Assembly: GCA_963733095.1 (NCBI GenBank)
Contig: CAVTBV010000003.1
Span: 63,502-127,501, forward strand
Origin: Candidatus Bathyarchaeota archaeon
GTDB lineage: Archaea; Thermoproteota; Bathyarchaeia; Bathyarchaeales; Bathycorpusculaceae
Length of the DNA: 64,000 bases
Direction: 5' to 3'
The translations under genes were made by a program, and so were the position numbers. Positions 19,189 to 28,948 of the stretch are shown here, one piece after another. The notes under the pieces were generated by a model, which was not told the DNA's origin, searched no databases, and saw nothing but the letters and a program-made list of their open reading frames with translations. How positions within the stretch are numbered: the first letter of the stretch is position 1; every line of letters starts with the position of its first letter.

Positions 19189-21004
19189 ATGCAAAAAAAG
19201 CTCAGAGTTATGTTGGTGATTTTTGCAATCGCTTCTGTTTGTTTTAGTTTCGCACCAGTACTTCAATTGGTGGTAGGTGTGAGCTCAAACAATCCAGACC
19301 CATATTCTTGGCCTATGTACCAAAACGACCTGAGGCATTCTGGGTATTCCCCATCTGCCAGTCCGTTGGGTAATCAAACCCTTTGGAAATACACTACAAA
19401 TGACACTTTTTGGACTGCGCCAACAATAGCCAACGGCATACTTTATGTCGGCTCTGACCAAACTGGATCTGTGTATGCATTTAAGGTTTCCACAGGTACA
19501 ATACTGTGGCGTTACACAACACCCGGTCCAACATCATCATCACCCGCAGTAGTTGGCGGTATGTTGTATGTAGGTTATGTGGGCGGTTTTTGTGCCCTAA
19601 ACGCATCAAACGGCTGGTTCCTTTGGAATTTCGCAACACCTTATCAGACCACCTATACATCACCCGTCGTATGTGATGGCGTAGTTTATACAAGCTCTAG
19701 TGACACAAATGTTTATGCACTTAACGCCGCAACAGGCTCGAAAATCTGGAGCTTTTCCACTAATGGTTCGATTTTATCAGCTCCAGCTATAGACAACGGC
19801 CTTGTAATCGTTAGCTCAAGTAATATGAATTGGGCAATCAATAGCAATGTGTATGCATTAAATGCTTCCACGGGCTCTTTGGCTTGGAATTTTACTGGTA
19901 AGAGTCGATTCTGTGCATCGCCTGCTATTGCTGATGGCATGGTCTTTGTAGGGTCAGAGGACGGTTATCTTTATGCGTTAAATGAGTCGACAGGGGTAAA
20001 ACTGTGGAGTTATGCGGCTAAGTTCTGGAGTTACGATGGGTATGGCTACAGAGCTGGAGGTTATGTTGGTTCGGCAGCAGTAACCAACGGCAGAGTGTAC
20101 TTTGCTGCAGAAAATGAAAACACATCGAGCTTGACTAACATTTATGCGTTAGAGGAGGCAACAGGCTCGAAAATCTGGACCTACAATATGAGTGGTTTCG
20201 TTAACGGGGCAGTCGTAGTGGCAGGCGATGAGGTCTTCCTAACTGGAAACGACAGATACATCTATGCATTGAATGCCGAAACTGGATGCGAGGTCTGGAA
20301 ATACATGACTGGCAGCGGATTCATGTCCTCTCCAGCTATCGCCAACGGGACAGTCTATGTCGGGTCAGACGACGGCGGCCTATACGGTATCGGCGGAGAA
20401 ACCCTCTCCTTCGCACCAAACCCTACAGCAAAGCCAACCGCTACACCCGGCCCAACGCCAACTCCTTCACCTATGCCAACTGATATCCCCGTTATCAATA
20501 CCCGATTTATCGCCCTCTTCAACCCCAACGCCCACGCCGACTCCTCCAGCATACGTAGGGTTTGACATATCTGGAAACATAACTAGCTCTCAAATGTCTG
20601 ACGTTAGTTTATTAACCAACCAGACAACAACCAAAATTTTATTTACAGTCACAGGAGAAAGCGGCACGTTTGGCTTTAGCAACATAACGATTGCAAAAAG
20701 CCGAATCCCTCAAGCAACAACTCCTGTAATCTATGTGGATAACACAATAATTCCAGAGCAAGGCTACACTCAAGACGCAAATAATTATTATGTCTGGTAC
20801 ATCGTCCACTTTAGCACGCACCAGATTCTCATAGAATTTAACCGCGATGCTACTCTGTCACCTCAAGCAACTAATCGAATTAGCGGAGCCGAGGGAGAAA
20901 TAAATTATCAGTCTGTGATCTATGGCCTGGGAATTTCATTTGTAATTTTGGCAACGGTTAGCGTCGTTCTTAAATTGGTGCTGAATGAAAAGAAAAGAAT
21001 TTAA
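19189..21004 (+). pseudogene. PQQ/BamB-like beta-propeller surface protein with Pro/Thr linker and C-terminal TM anchor, frameshifted at ~20482
   Basis: WPMYQND, repeated VYALNAxTGxxxW; linker and anchor continue in the +1 frame (ISPLSIPD...YGLGISFVILAT). Confidence 0.8.
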
Positions 21005-21145
21005 TTGAATTGTAATTTTTATGCACTTTTTTTTATTAATTTTTCGTAAGCAATAAAGCCAGAAGCTACGGTAATAGACATGCTGCATGGGGTTAAACGC
21101 TGTAACGACGAACAACAGTTACCAAGCGTTAAAGATAGTGACGAG

Positions 21146-21188
21146 TGGACCGAGCGGGATTTGAACCCGCGGCTTCCGCGTTGCGAAC
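21146..21188 (-). mobile_element. 3' half of tRNA-Ala(CGC), probable att site remnant
   Basis: Reverse complement GTTCGCAACGCGGAAGCCGCGGGTTCAAATCCCGCTCGGTCCA: anticodon loop, T-arm and acceptor 3' strand; no D-arm or 5' half. Confidence 0.75.
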
Positions 21189-21333
21189 ACTGTTGAAATC
21201 CGAATTTAAGCCTTGAAGACGCTTTATTGCTTCTTTTAAGTGCGCGCTATACTAAACTACTGCTCTAAGTTCTAATAGTGCTGAAAAAAAATAAAAGAAA
21301 AGTTTATTATTCACCATAACAGCGTTATAATTT

Positions 21334-21427
21334 GGGGCTCTGGCTAAAATTCACGGTACTACCCCACAATTTCGTGACGAGCGTTTTTCATTTTCGCGCT
21401 CCCTCCTATAGATTGGGCCAGAGCCTC
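21334..21427 (+). ncRNA. Candidate three-way-junction structured RNA
   Basis: GGGGCTCTGGCT/GGCCAGAGCCTC closing stem, inner TCACGG/TCGTGA and GAGCG/CGCTC; G-U pairs favour + strand. Confidence 0.4.
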
Positions 21428-21487
21428 AGCATACCCATTCCGCAGAGTAACGCGCGCTTTTAAATTAATATTTTTAATTATTAAAAC

Positions 21488-21703
21488 TTATAAGCGCTCT
21501 ATGACTGCAAAGAAAACCGCTCCAACTATAATACCTATGCCTAATGCAAAAAAGAACAGGGCAAAAAATTCATGATGAAGGACTTGATCGAACTGAAACC
21601 AAGTACCAAAAGTTACCTTCTGATGATAAAGAATAAGAAAAGACGCAATTAAAGAAGAAACTGCAAATACAGTCATGACGACAATAGCTAAACGCTTGCT
21701 CAT
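21488..21703 (-). CDS. Small two-TM membrane protein
   Basis: Two hydrophobic segments flanking HHE. Confidence 0.6.
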   Translation of the reverse strand: MSKRLAIVVMTVFAVSSLIASFLILYHQKVTFGTWFQFDQVLHHEFFALFFFALGIGIIVGAVFFAVIERL

Positions 21704-22002
21704 TATCCATTCCAGTCTATAATATAACAAAGAACTCAATTATTGTTTTGGTTAAGGGCATGACCTTTTAGCGCCCGCTTAGCTTAAAAAGTGTGTTAAA
21801 TGTTTACTCTTAGCGCGCGCTACATAAATATTTTTTTTCCCACCGCGTCGAGTGATTTTGAATCCAAAAAGGATCTAGTCAAGAGGCAAAAAGGTACGAG
21901 CGTGTGGGCTAAGATTTACCGTTCATTCTAAAAGGTCAATCGAAAGCAGAAAGCAAAATTTAATATTCTTAAATATACGAAAAGAAAATGAGGGGTTAAG
22001 AA

Positions 22003-22491
22003 ATGAAGGGTGTAGTTGTTTATGATACCTCTACTGGAAACACAAAGAAAATCGCAGAGACCATCTCAGAAACACTGAGAGAATCGGAAATAGAAAGTGA
22101 CCTCTTCTACGTAAAAGACGCAAAGAAGTTAAACGCCAAAAACTACAATTTTCTGATCCTCGGATCTCCAACTAGATTTGGCACAATGAGTTTTACAGTC
22201 AAATCCTTTTTGGGCAAAATCAAGACTGAAGAATGGATAAACAAGCCTTTCGCTGCTTTTGACACTGAAAACCCTGAGAACGTTGAGAAATCTCGTGCCG
22301 AAAATAAGAATTGGAGCGCAGCTGAAAAGATTGCTGAAAACCTGAGAGAGAAGAAAATGAACCAGTTGCTGCCGGTTCTGAAGGCTCTTGTGGAAGCTAA
22401 GTTGAAGGGAACGCTTCTGGAAGGCGAAATCGACCGGGCAAAAGACTACGCAAGGCAACTCGCCACAAAATTGAAAAATGAAGGAGTCTAA
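22003..22491 (+). CDS. Flavodoxin family protein
   Basis: YDTSTGNTKKIAE, LGSPT, AAFDT. Confidence 0.9.
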   Translation: MKGVVVYDTSTGNTKKIAETISETLRESEIESDLFYVKDAKKLNAKNYNFLILGSPTRFGTMSFTVKSFLGKIKTEEWINKPFAAFDTENPENVEKSRAENKNWSAAEKIAENLREKKMNQLLPVLKALVEAKLKGTLLEGEIDRAKDYARQLATKLKNEGV

Positions 22492-22543
22492 ATGAAAAAA
22501 CTTAGCGCGCGCCAAGCGGGTCGAAAATAAGTAAATTAGCCGT

Positions 22544-22681
22544 TCATTTGTGAGTATGCTTTTGTTCTAAACGCTTAAATCTCTCTTCAAGTCTTCTATC
22601 CCGCTCTTTCTTTTCAAGCCCTGACAAGGGAGCCAACGCAAGAGCTGTAAGACCTCGCTCAATTTTTTTTAATGATTTCAT
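22544..22681 (-). CDS. Possible small basic protein (45 aa)
   Basis: MKSLKKIERGLTALALAPLSGLEKKERDRRLEERFKRLEQKHTHK; preceded by imperfect direct repeat GATTTTAT..CTCAGATA. Confidence 0.3.
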   Translation of the reverse strand: MKSLKKIERGLTALALAPLSGLEKKERDRRLEERFKRLEQKHTHK

Positions 22682-22888
22682 GATTTTATGCCTCAGATAA
22701 ATCCTGCGATTTTATATTCTCAGATATGATTTCAGAAATATAAGTGTATAGTGTATATTAATATTTATTACAGTGCTTCCGGTACTATGTTAAGTTTTGC
22801 TGTTTCTATTTTTCTTTTAAGTCTTGCCTCTTTTGGTGCAGGAAAGCTTAAAAAAAAGTCAACATATCGCTTAACAGAGAAGTAGAAA

Positions 22889-23095
22889 ATGGAAAAATGC
22901 AGCGACGACAAATTTACCTTTTATTTTATTGCAGTAATGCTGCTTATTATAACTGCAATAATGACAGGTTCAATTCTTCGCGCTAATCCATTAACCGCAG
23001 CAAATTTGATGGCTCCTTCAGTCTTTGGTGCTTTAGGCTTAATCTTTGTTATAGGAACATATGTATGGAGCATAAGAATAAGAAATAGTATTTAA
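22889..23095 (+). CDS. Small two-TM membrane protein
   Basis: Two hydrophobic helices, ATG start. Confidence 0.55.
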   Translation: MEKCSDDKFTFYFIAVMLLIITAIMTGSILRANPLTAANLMAPSVFGALGLIFVIGTYVWSIRIRNSI

Positions 23096-23557
23096 TTTTT
23101 TCAAGGTTCAGCTCTAAAACGAATAAAATAGGAAATAGGAATCTGTTTATTATCGTTCCGCTTCCCTAAACGCCGCTTACAATAGGTGTAGGGCGCTGCT
23201 CTGTGCTCAGGATAATTGTGTCGTTTGCCCTTGTCGGCTCGGTGTTTATGCTTACGCGATTTAAACCCCGATATAGAAAACTCGGCTTCGCTAGACAACT
23301 AAGAAGCCTCCAAAAAGAGAAAAAGGGGTTGTGTTTGTGCTGGTGACATGACCACTATTTAGGAAATCAAACAATATCCTGACAATACGGCTATTTGTCA
23401 ACCTGTTTGGACCTATTAGGGTCCTGATAGTGGTTCTATGCAGTAACTATAAGGGGTCTATCTTTAAGATGAGGTATTGGCTGTATTTACTGAACACAAG
23501 CGGATTAGCACATAGAAAAACAGTAGAACAAAGTTTTTTTTGAAAAAAAGGGTGAAA

Positions 23558-25567
23558 TTATTGGAGGTTGACTTGTGCGATTTGCGAGAGGTCTGTTAGG
23601 CTGTTGAGTTTTACTTCGCTGTTGGATATGGTGTAGAGTGTGTTGCCGATGTAGAGGCTGCGTGTTATCAATTGGTTTTGGGTGTTGTAATAGTCGTTAG
23701 GGTTGTTTAGGTGTCCTTGGCTGTTTAATAGTGAGGGGTCAAGGTGTGTTATGGTGCCTTTGAGTGTAAAGCCTCCGTCCAAGGAGAGGCTGAAGACGTA
23801 GGCTCCTTGCCAAACGGTTGTGCCGTAAGCCGAAGCTGCCGATTGACCATATTGCTGTATTTGTTGCAGAGTTGCATTACCCACCAGCGCCAAGCTGACT
23901 GGAATCACCAATAGATTTTTGCTCGCATCAAACAGAAACGCTTTAGGATCGGTTAATGCTGGAGAATCAGTTCCTCTGTCTCCGATAATAAAGTTCGATA
24001 GCTGAACAGGATTATTTACGTTGCTGACGTCGAAGAGGGATAGCTTCAAGCCTTGGTACCATGCAAAGTCACCTTGGTTTGAATCAACGGCTTCTTTGCC
24101 AACTCCGATTAGATGTGTTTCGTCGTAGGGGTGGAGGTAGTCGCTGTAACCAGGGATTTTGAGTTCACCGAGCACTGTTGGGTGAGTTGGCTGGCTGAGG
24201 TCGATTACGAATAATGGGTCGGTTCTCATGAAAGTTACCAGGTAGCCTCTGTCGCCTATGAAGCGGACGGAGTGGAGGTTTTCGCCGTTTGCTAATCCTT
24301 CTAGGCTGCCTATAACTGAGAGGTTTTCGTTGAGTATGTAGATATTGTTTGATTGTGTACTCTGAGTGGATCCTATGTCGGTAAAGGGTACGGCGACAAG
24401 TCCACTCTGCACGTTGGTTGCTATTCGTAGGTTTCCGCCATATTCGTCTAAAGCATACTGGTTAATGGTGTAGCCTGGAACGCTGCCTTGAGCTTCAAGT
24501 GTTAATTGTAAACCGTCAATTTTCACGCGGTAGATAGAGGTCACTTCGGTCTCATTGATCCAGTTTGGATAAGTGACGTAGATGTTGTCGGTTGAAACAT
24601 ACATTGTGCTGGCACCGCTCATTAGGACTGTCATGTTTGTGGGTTGTTGCTGGTTGTTCGACACGTCAAGTCCATAGAAACTTGTAAACGAGTAGCTGTT
24701 GGATTGGTTCATGTCAGCGTAGTATATGCTGGTGGGTGAAGCGGCGTAAGCTACTCCGTTATTGTAGACTGCGGGCACCGAGACAGCTCCGTTGTAGATA
24801 AAGGCGTTTTGGCTGGTTACTGTGTATAGGTAGTTACCTATCATGCGTGAATCTATGTAGCTTCCGCTGACGGTGAAGTTGCGGGTTAAAATGGGGTCTG
24901 CTTTGTTTGAAATGTCAAAGATGCTTACGGATGTTGAAACGTCGCTGTAATATGGAATAATTGCTATGCCGTTTGTGGGGGCGATGTACGATTGGTATGA
25001 TAGGTACTTGTTTGATAGAACCACAAGTCTTGAGTTATTAGGATTTAAGAACAAACCTACAGGGGAGGAATCGTTGTCTAGGACAATTTTAGAAACGACT
25101 TTTGCGTTTTGGGGATCAGCTTTAACAATGTAAACATTGTTGATAGCTTGAGAATTTGCGCCTAAATAGTAGTAACTGTTTTGGGTGGTGGACAGAGTGT
25201 AGATGTATTGGCCGTCTGTTTTCACAGTGTCAGCCTCATCTACTCCAGCAACTTGGATGTTGGTAGTGGAGTAATCAGCAGTTGCGCCATTAGTACTCGC
25301 AGTTGGGGCCGCAAGCTTAGGACTCGCCTCGCCAAAATTTCCCCAATACATTTGGGGCAAATAATTAATTGAAGTTTCGTTGAGGTAGTTTTTTAGGTCA
25401 GTCATAGATGAAAAAGTTTTCAATCCCCCCGCAGAGATGGGTTGACTCGAAGGCAGAATCGAGGGTGATGTGCCGAAAACATAAATTGCAGAAATCAAAA
25501 TGACTGCTGAAAGGATTGCAACTGTTCCGTAGATGCTTGTTTTTCTCTTAACTTCTTTCTGAACCAT
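23558..25567 (-). CDS. Secreted beta-propeller domain protein (Beta_propel family)
   Basis: N-terminal TM, YSTTNIQVAGVDEADTVKTDG, DSRMIG, VTFMRTDPLFVIDLS, GELKIPGYSDYLHP. Confidence 0.9.
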   Translation of the reverse strand: MVQKEVKRKTSIYGTVAILSAVILISAIYVFGTSPSILPSSQPISAGGLKTFSSMTDLKNYLNETSINYLPQMYWGNFGEASPKLAAPTASTNGATADYSTTNIQVAGVDEADTVKTDGQYIYTLSTTQNSYYYLGANSQAINNVYIVKADPQNAKVVSKIVLDNDSSPVGLFLNPNNSRLVVLSNKYLSYQSYIAPTNGIAIIPYYSDVSTSVSIFDISNKADPILTRNFTVSGSYIDSRMIGNYLYTVTSQNAFIYNGAVSVPAVYNNGVAYAASPTSIYYADMNQSNSYSFTSFYGLDVSNNQQQPTNMTVLMSGASTMYVSTDNIYVTYPNWINETEVTSIYRVKIDGLQLTLEAQGSVPGYTINQYALDEYGGNLRIATNVQSGLVAVPFTDIGSTQSTQSNNIYILNENLSVIGSLEGLANGENLHSVRFIGDRGYLVTFMRTDPLFVIDLSQPTHPTVLGELKIPGYSDYLHPYDETHLIGVGKEAVDSNQGDFAWYQGLKLSLFDVSNVNNPVQLSNFIIGDRGTDSPALTDPKAFLFDASKNLLVIPVSLALVGNATLQQIQQYGQSAASAYGTTVWQGAYVFSLSLDGGFTLKGTITHLDPSLLNSQGHLNNPNDYYNTQNQLITRSLYIGNTLYTISNSEVKLNSLTDLSQIAQVNLQ

Positions 25568-25620
25568 GTGTTCTTTTCTCCTACAGAGTATTATGCGATG
25601 TTTTTATTTGATGCTAAGCA

Positions 25621-25641
25621 TGCGAACATGCTGTTCTAATA
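25621..25641. promoter_or_regulatory. Putative operator GAAC-N5-GTTCTAATA, copy 1 (upstream of beta-propeller gene)
   Basis: TGCGAAC ATGCT GTTCTAATA. Confidence 0.6.
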
Positions 25642-25642
25642 T

Positions 25643-26089
25643 TTAGAATGGCCTCATTTCCCAAACACGGTAAGCTTCATACCAAAATATCGAGCAAACG
25701 ATTGCTCCAAACGATATTATGAATAGGTTGTCACGGGTTAAACTGTTAACAATAATCAACATGTAAGCGGCATAGAACACTGTGGAGAACAGGGCGTAGA
25801 AGAAGAAACGTGGAAACAGAAGCTTACCTAACTTGACGTAGTGGCGGAGCACGCCGATTTTTACTTGCCCAACCAATATGTAGTGTCCGCCGACTTCTTG
25901 CTTTTCAACCAATCCCAACTCGCGCAGCTGTTCAAGATGATGAAATGCGATGCTTGGACTGCTGAAATGCAGAGATCGCTGGACTTCGCGGACTCCGACG
26001 GGGCCACCAGTTTTCAGCAGAAACCAGTAAACTTTCCAGGCTTTGCCGCGTAGAGCGTACTCAAGCTCTGTTTCATTGTGAGCATTCAA
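25643..26089 (-). CDS. Membrane-anchored winged-HTH transcriptional regulator
   Basis: VYWFLLKTGGPVGVREVQRSLHFSSPSIAFHHLEQL (ArsR-like wHTH) followed by two TM helices. Confidence 0.8.
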   Translation of the reverse strand: MNAHNETELEYALRGKAWKVYWFLLKTGGPVGVREVQRSLHFSSPSIAFHHLEQLRELGLVEKQEVGGHYILVGQVKIGVLRHYVKLGKLLFPRFFFYALFSTVFYAAYMLIIVNSLTRDNLFIISFGAIVCSIFWYEAYRVWEMRPF

Positions 26090-26141
26090 CCAGTAACCCC
26101 TCTGAACATAGAACGTTGTAGGGGGGATATAAGTCCAGTTG

Positions 26142-26162
26142 TTAGAACATTTCGTTCTAATA
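26142..26162. promoter_or_regulatory. Putative operator copy 2 (perfect inverted repeat)
   Basis: TTAGAAC ATTTC GTTCTAA TA. Confidence 0.65.
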
Positions 26163-26211
26163 TTTAATTCCAGGAATTTCTTTATTTTGGGATTAAGTAT
26201 CCGTTCAGTTC

Positions 26212-26232
26212 TTGGAACCGTTTGTTCTAATA
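26212..26232. promoter_or_regulatory. Putative operator copy 3
   Basis: TTGGAAC CGTTT GTTCTAA TA. Confidence 0.6.
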
Positions 26233-27224
26233 AAAATTCTTGAAGTGATAAGGATTATTTTTTTTCCGCAAATTTATTTTATTAACAAATAGACCGCAAA
26301 AAAGTTAGCGCTGGCGGTTTAAGCAAGTGGCGTAACAGTCTAGAATGGTTGCGTATTTGCTGTCTGCAAAGGTGAAAGTCAATTTAAACTGCACGTGGCT
26401 GAGAATAAAAGAGGACACATGTCACGTTCTCGCAACTAAAGGTAATTACATGAATCTCGGGTTTACCCTGGGATAGCTTGAAATGCTTTAACATCGGTAA
26501 AAAAGTCACCTATTGAATATCGAATATTTGTATAGATGAACTGTATTAATTAGAAATCCTGAAGTATATCGCCCAGCCAGAATTATCGAATCGAGTGTAC
26601 AAATTTGTAACTAAAATTTTAGGTCGTGTATTTAAAGGAAGAATGAGAACGGAAATAATAACGGCTTATATTATTATGGTTGCTACAATAACCATTTTAT
26701 TCAATTTAACAAGTAGGAGATATCTGAGGAGGGGCTATGTTAGATTTTAGTATGGTAAAGAGAAAAATCGTTCGTCTAACATATCTTTCCTCAATTCGAT
26801 TCATGCTTAAAAAATGCAATTTGTGTTTATGATATGTCAAATTTGGGCATATATGAGAAGTTGAAATAAGTGATTTATTAAGAAATGATATTCCTTAAAG
26901 AATAAGGATGTAAAATGAAAACAATAAAAATTAAGTGGTTTGATAATCTGACTCTCATTAAGCAAGAGTATCGGTGCAAGCTAATAATCGAAGACGCTGA
27001 TTGTAGAAGAATTGGTAAAATTAGTTCCTCAACGAGTGATGATTAAGATTGACTACTCACTAAAATTCCATAAAGCATAGTCTTGTCGCTATCCAAATTA
27101 AGAACATGCATCCTTCTATGACAATTGGTCTAATTATTAAAACAAACTTTTCTTCGGATAATTCAACATAGCAGAAATAGAAAATTAAAAAGAAAAAGAG
27201 AGAAGAGAAAGAAGAGATTTTAGT

Positions 27225-27875
27225 TTATGCTTTGGATTTGTTGGCTGCGCCAGGCATTCCTGGTGGCAGATCGGGGAAGTTTGCACTGACTCTTTGCTCG
27301 GCTACGGTTGCTGCTTCAGCTAAGATTTTTGAGGCGTCTTCGTTTACTGCGTCAAAGTTCAGTGACATTCCACTAGATGTTCCTGCTTCGAACATTAGAC
27401 CGCTCAGCATGTTGCCGATGTCGCCTAATTCGCCTTCGGCTTCAGGCAAAACACCGCCTAAGCCGCTGCTAACGCTTCTTAGAACACCGACGCATGGTCC
27501 TAATGTTGCAACTACGTCACCTAGTTCTGATACTGTGCGTATTCTAAGAGCTACTTGGTCTAGTGCAAGTCTTGCGTTCATTATGAGCTTTGACATCTTG
27601 CGGATTTCAGCTAGTTCAGTAGAGTAGATGTTTGCGTGTGCAGAATCATGTTTGGTGTATGCATCAACAATTTTAGCGAATAATGCTTTGTCTTTCTGTT
27701 GGAAACGTTCGTTTGCTTGGTCCAATTTGTTGATTTGCAGATCAAGTTTTCTGCAGGCCATGTCTAATTGTGGCTTTAGTGCTGGAGGCGGCTGAATTGT
27801 GTCACGAATTGTTTTGGTGAATGAGTCTCCTTCATCTCTTTTTTGTTCCCATTTCTTTGCGAAACGTTCAGACAT
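27225..27875 (-). CDS. cdvB: ESCRT-III / Snf7 family cell division protein (CdvB-like)
   Basis: ANIYSTELAEIRKM, ALDQVALRIRTVSELGD, EDASKILAEAA, FPDLP C-terminal motif. Confidence 0.85.
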   Translation of the reverse strand: MSERFAKKWEQKRDEGDSFTKTIRDTIQPPPALKPQLDMACRKLDLQINKLDQANERFQQKDKALFAKIVDAYTKHDSAHANIYSTELAEIRKMSKLIMNARLALDQVALRIRTVSELGDVVATLGPCVGVLRSVSSGLGGVLPEAEGELGDIGNMLSGLMFEAGTSSGMSLNFDAVNEDASKILAEAATVAEQRVSANFPDLPPGMPGAANKSKA

Positions 27876-28387
27876 GTTAATATCCTCTTGAACACTGATT
27901 CAGTGCCATGAAGTACTTAATGGTTGCTAACATGCCGATATATACATAAACAAGCCAGCGCTTGTTTTTTCAGATAGTTGTCCGGAAAAGACGCCTATAC
28001 TCCAACTAACAACCAACAGTTAGTATTGCCCAAAGCGTTTTAGTGTCAGTGTCAGGTTTTGCTGCTTTCTGGTTGTGGAAGATGCCCCAAGTAGCAAGAC
28101 TTGGCTCAAAAAAACCAATATCAATCGCCGATGAAGTATCTACCTAAAGGCGCGGGTAATCCGATTAGCCGAATGCCACAGACAACAGAAGACGAGTTAC
28201 AACCAACACACAAGCCCAATTCATTTGCCTAAAGGGTACCAACCTAAAAGCAGACAAGGACTCTGTTTTGCAACATTTCAATCCGTTTAGCAAAGGAATC
28301 TTAAAACTGGTCGACCCAAACAAAAGTGAATAGAAAGAAGATAAAGCATATATTTGGAACAAATCAAATTATTATTAGGTGAATTGT

Positions 28388-28675
28388 TTGATAAATTTTG
28401 AAGATATTGTGGGGTTGCAGGTAGTGACTTCAGGGGCAACGATTATTGGAGAAGTGAAAGGAGCAAAAATTGACACCGCGACTTGGTTGATAAAGTTTTT
28501 GAATGTGAAGCTTACTGGTGATGCTGCTGAGAGTCTTGGTTTGAAGAAGAGGTTTAGAAGTTCTAAGATTTGCATTCCAGTTGGCATGGTTCAAGCAGTC
28601 GCTCATGTAGTGACAATCAACAGGTCTACAGAAGAATTGGTAAGCTCTCAAGAGATTGCAGAGTGCAAAGAGTAA
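28388..28675 (+). CDS. PRC-barrel domain protein
   Basis: IVGLQVVTSGATIIGEVKGAKID..W.I, IPVGMVQAVAHVVTI; AGGTGA RBS. Confidence 0.8.
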   Translation: MINFEDIVGLQVVTSGATIIGEVKGAKIDTATWLIKFLNVKLTGDAAESLGLKKRFRSSKICIPVGMVQAVAHVVTINRSTEELVSSQEIAECKE

Positions 28676-28948
28676 AAAAAGTTAAATAGCATAACTAAAC
28701 TAAAATTCATTTTTTTCTTTTATTAATTTGTTGAAAGCATAATTGCACTTTTGTTCAAAATCACAATACATTTCTGCCCAGATGTGAATATATCCAAAGC
28801 CTTCTAACTATAATTAGCTAACAATGTGTGGAGGATAAAATAAATGAGCAAGAAATTACTAAGCCCGAAGGCGGGTTGTGTCCAGCACAGTGCATCTTCA
28901 GGTTACACTCCTGATTTTTTGTAGATTGTAAATAGGTTGAGTTTTTGT

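Noticed and set aside
26142-26160. LexA (GAAC-N4-GTTC) SOS box
   Set aside because: Spacer is 5 nt in all three copies, the host is archaeal, and a local regulator explains it better
26121-26180. ORB-like origin element (G-string, TTCCAGGAA)
   Set aside because: Does not match a full ORB consensus, is not repeated, and no cdc6/orc1 is nearby
28070-28362. Short ORFs between cdvB and the PRC-barrel gene
   Set aside because: Fragmented frames without start or RBS; no recognisable family
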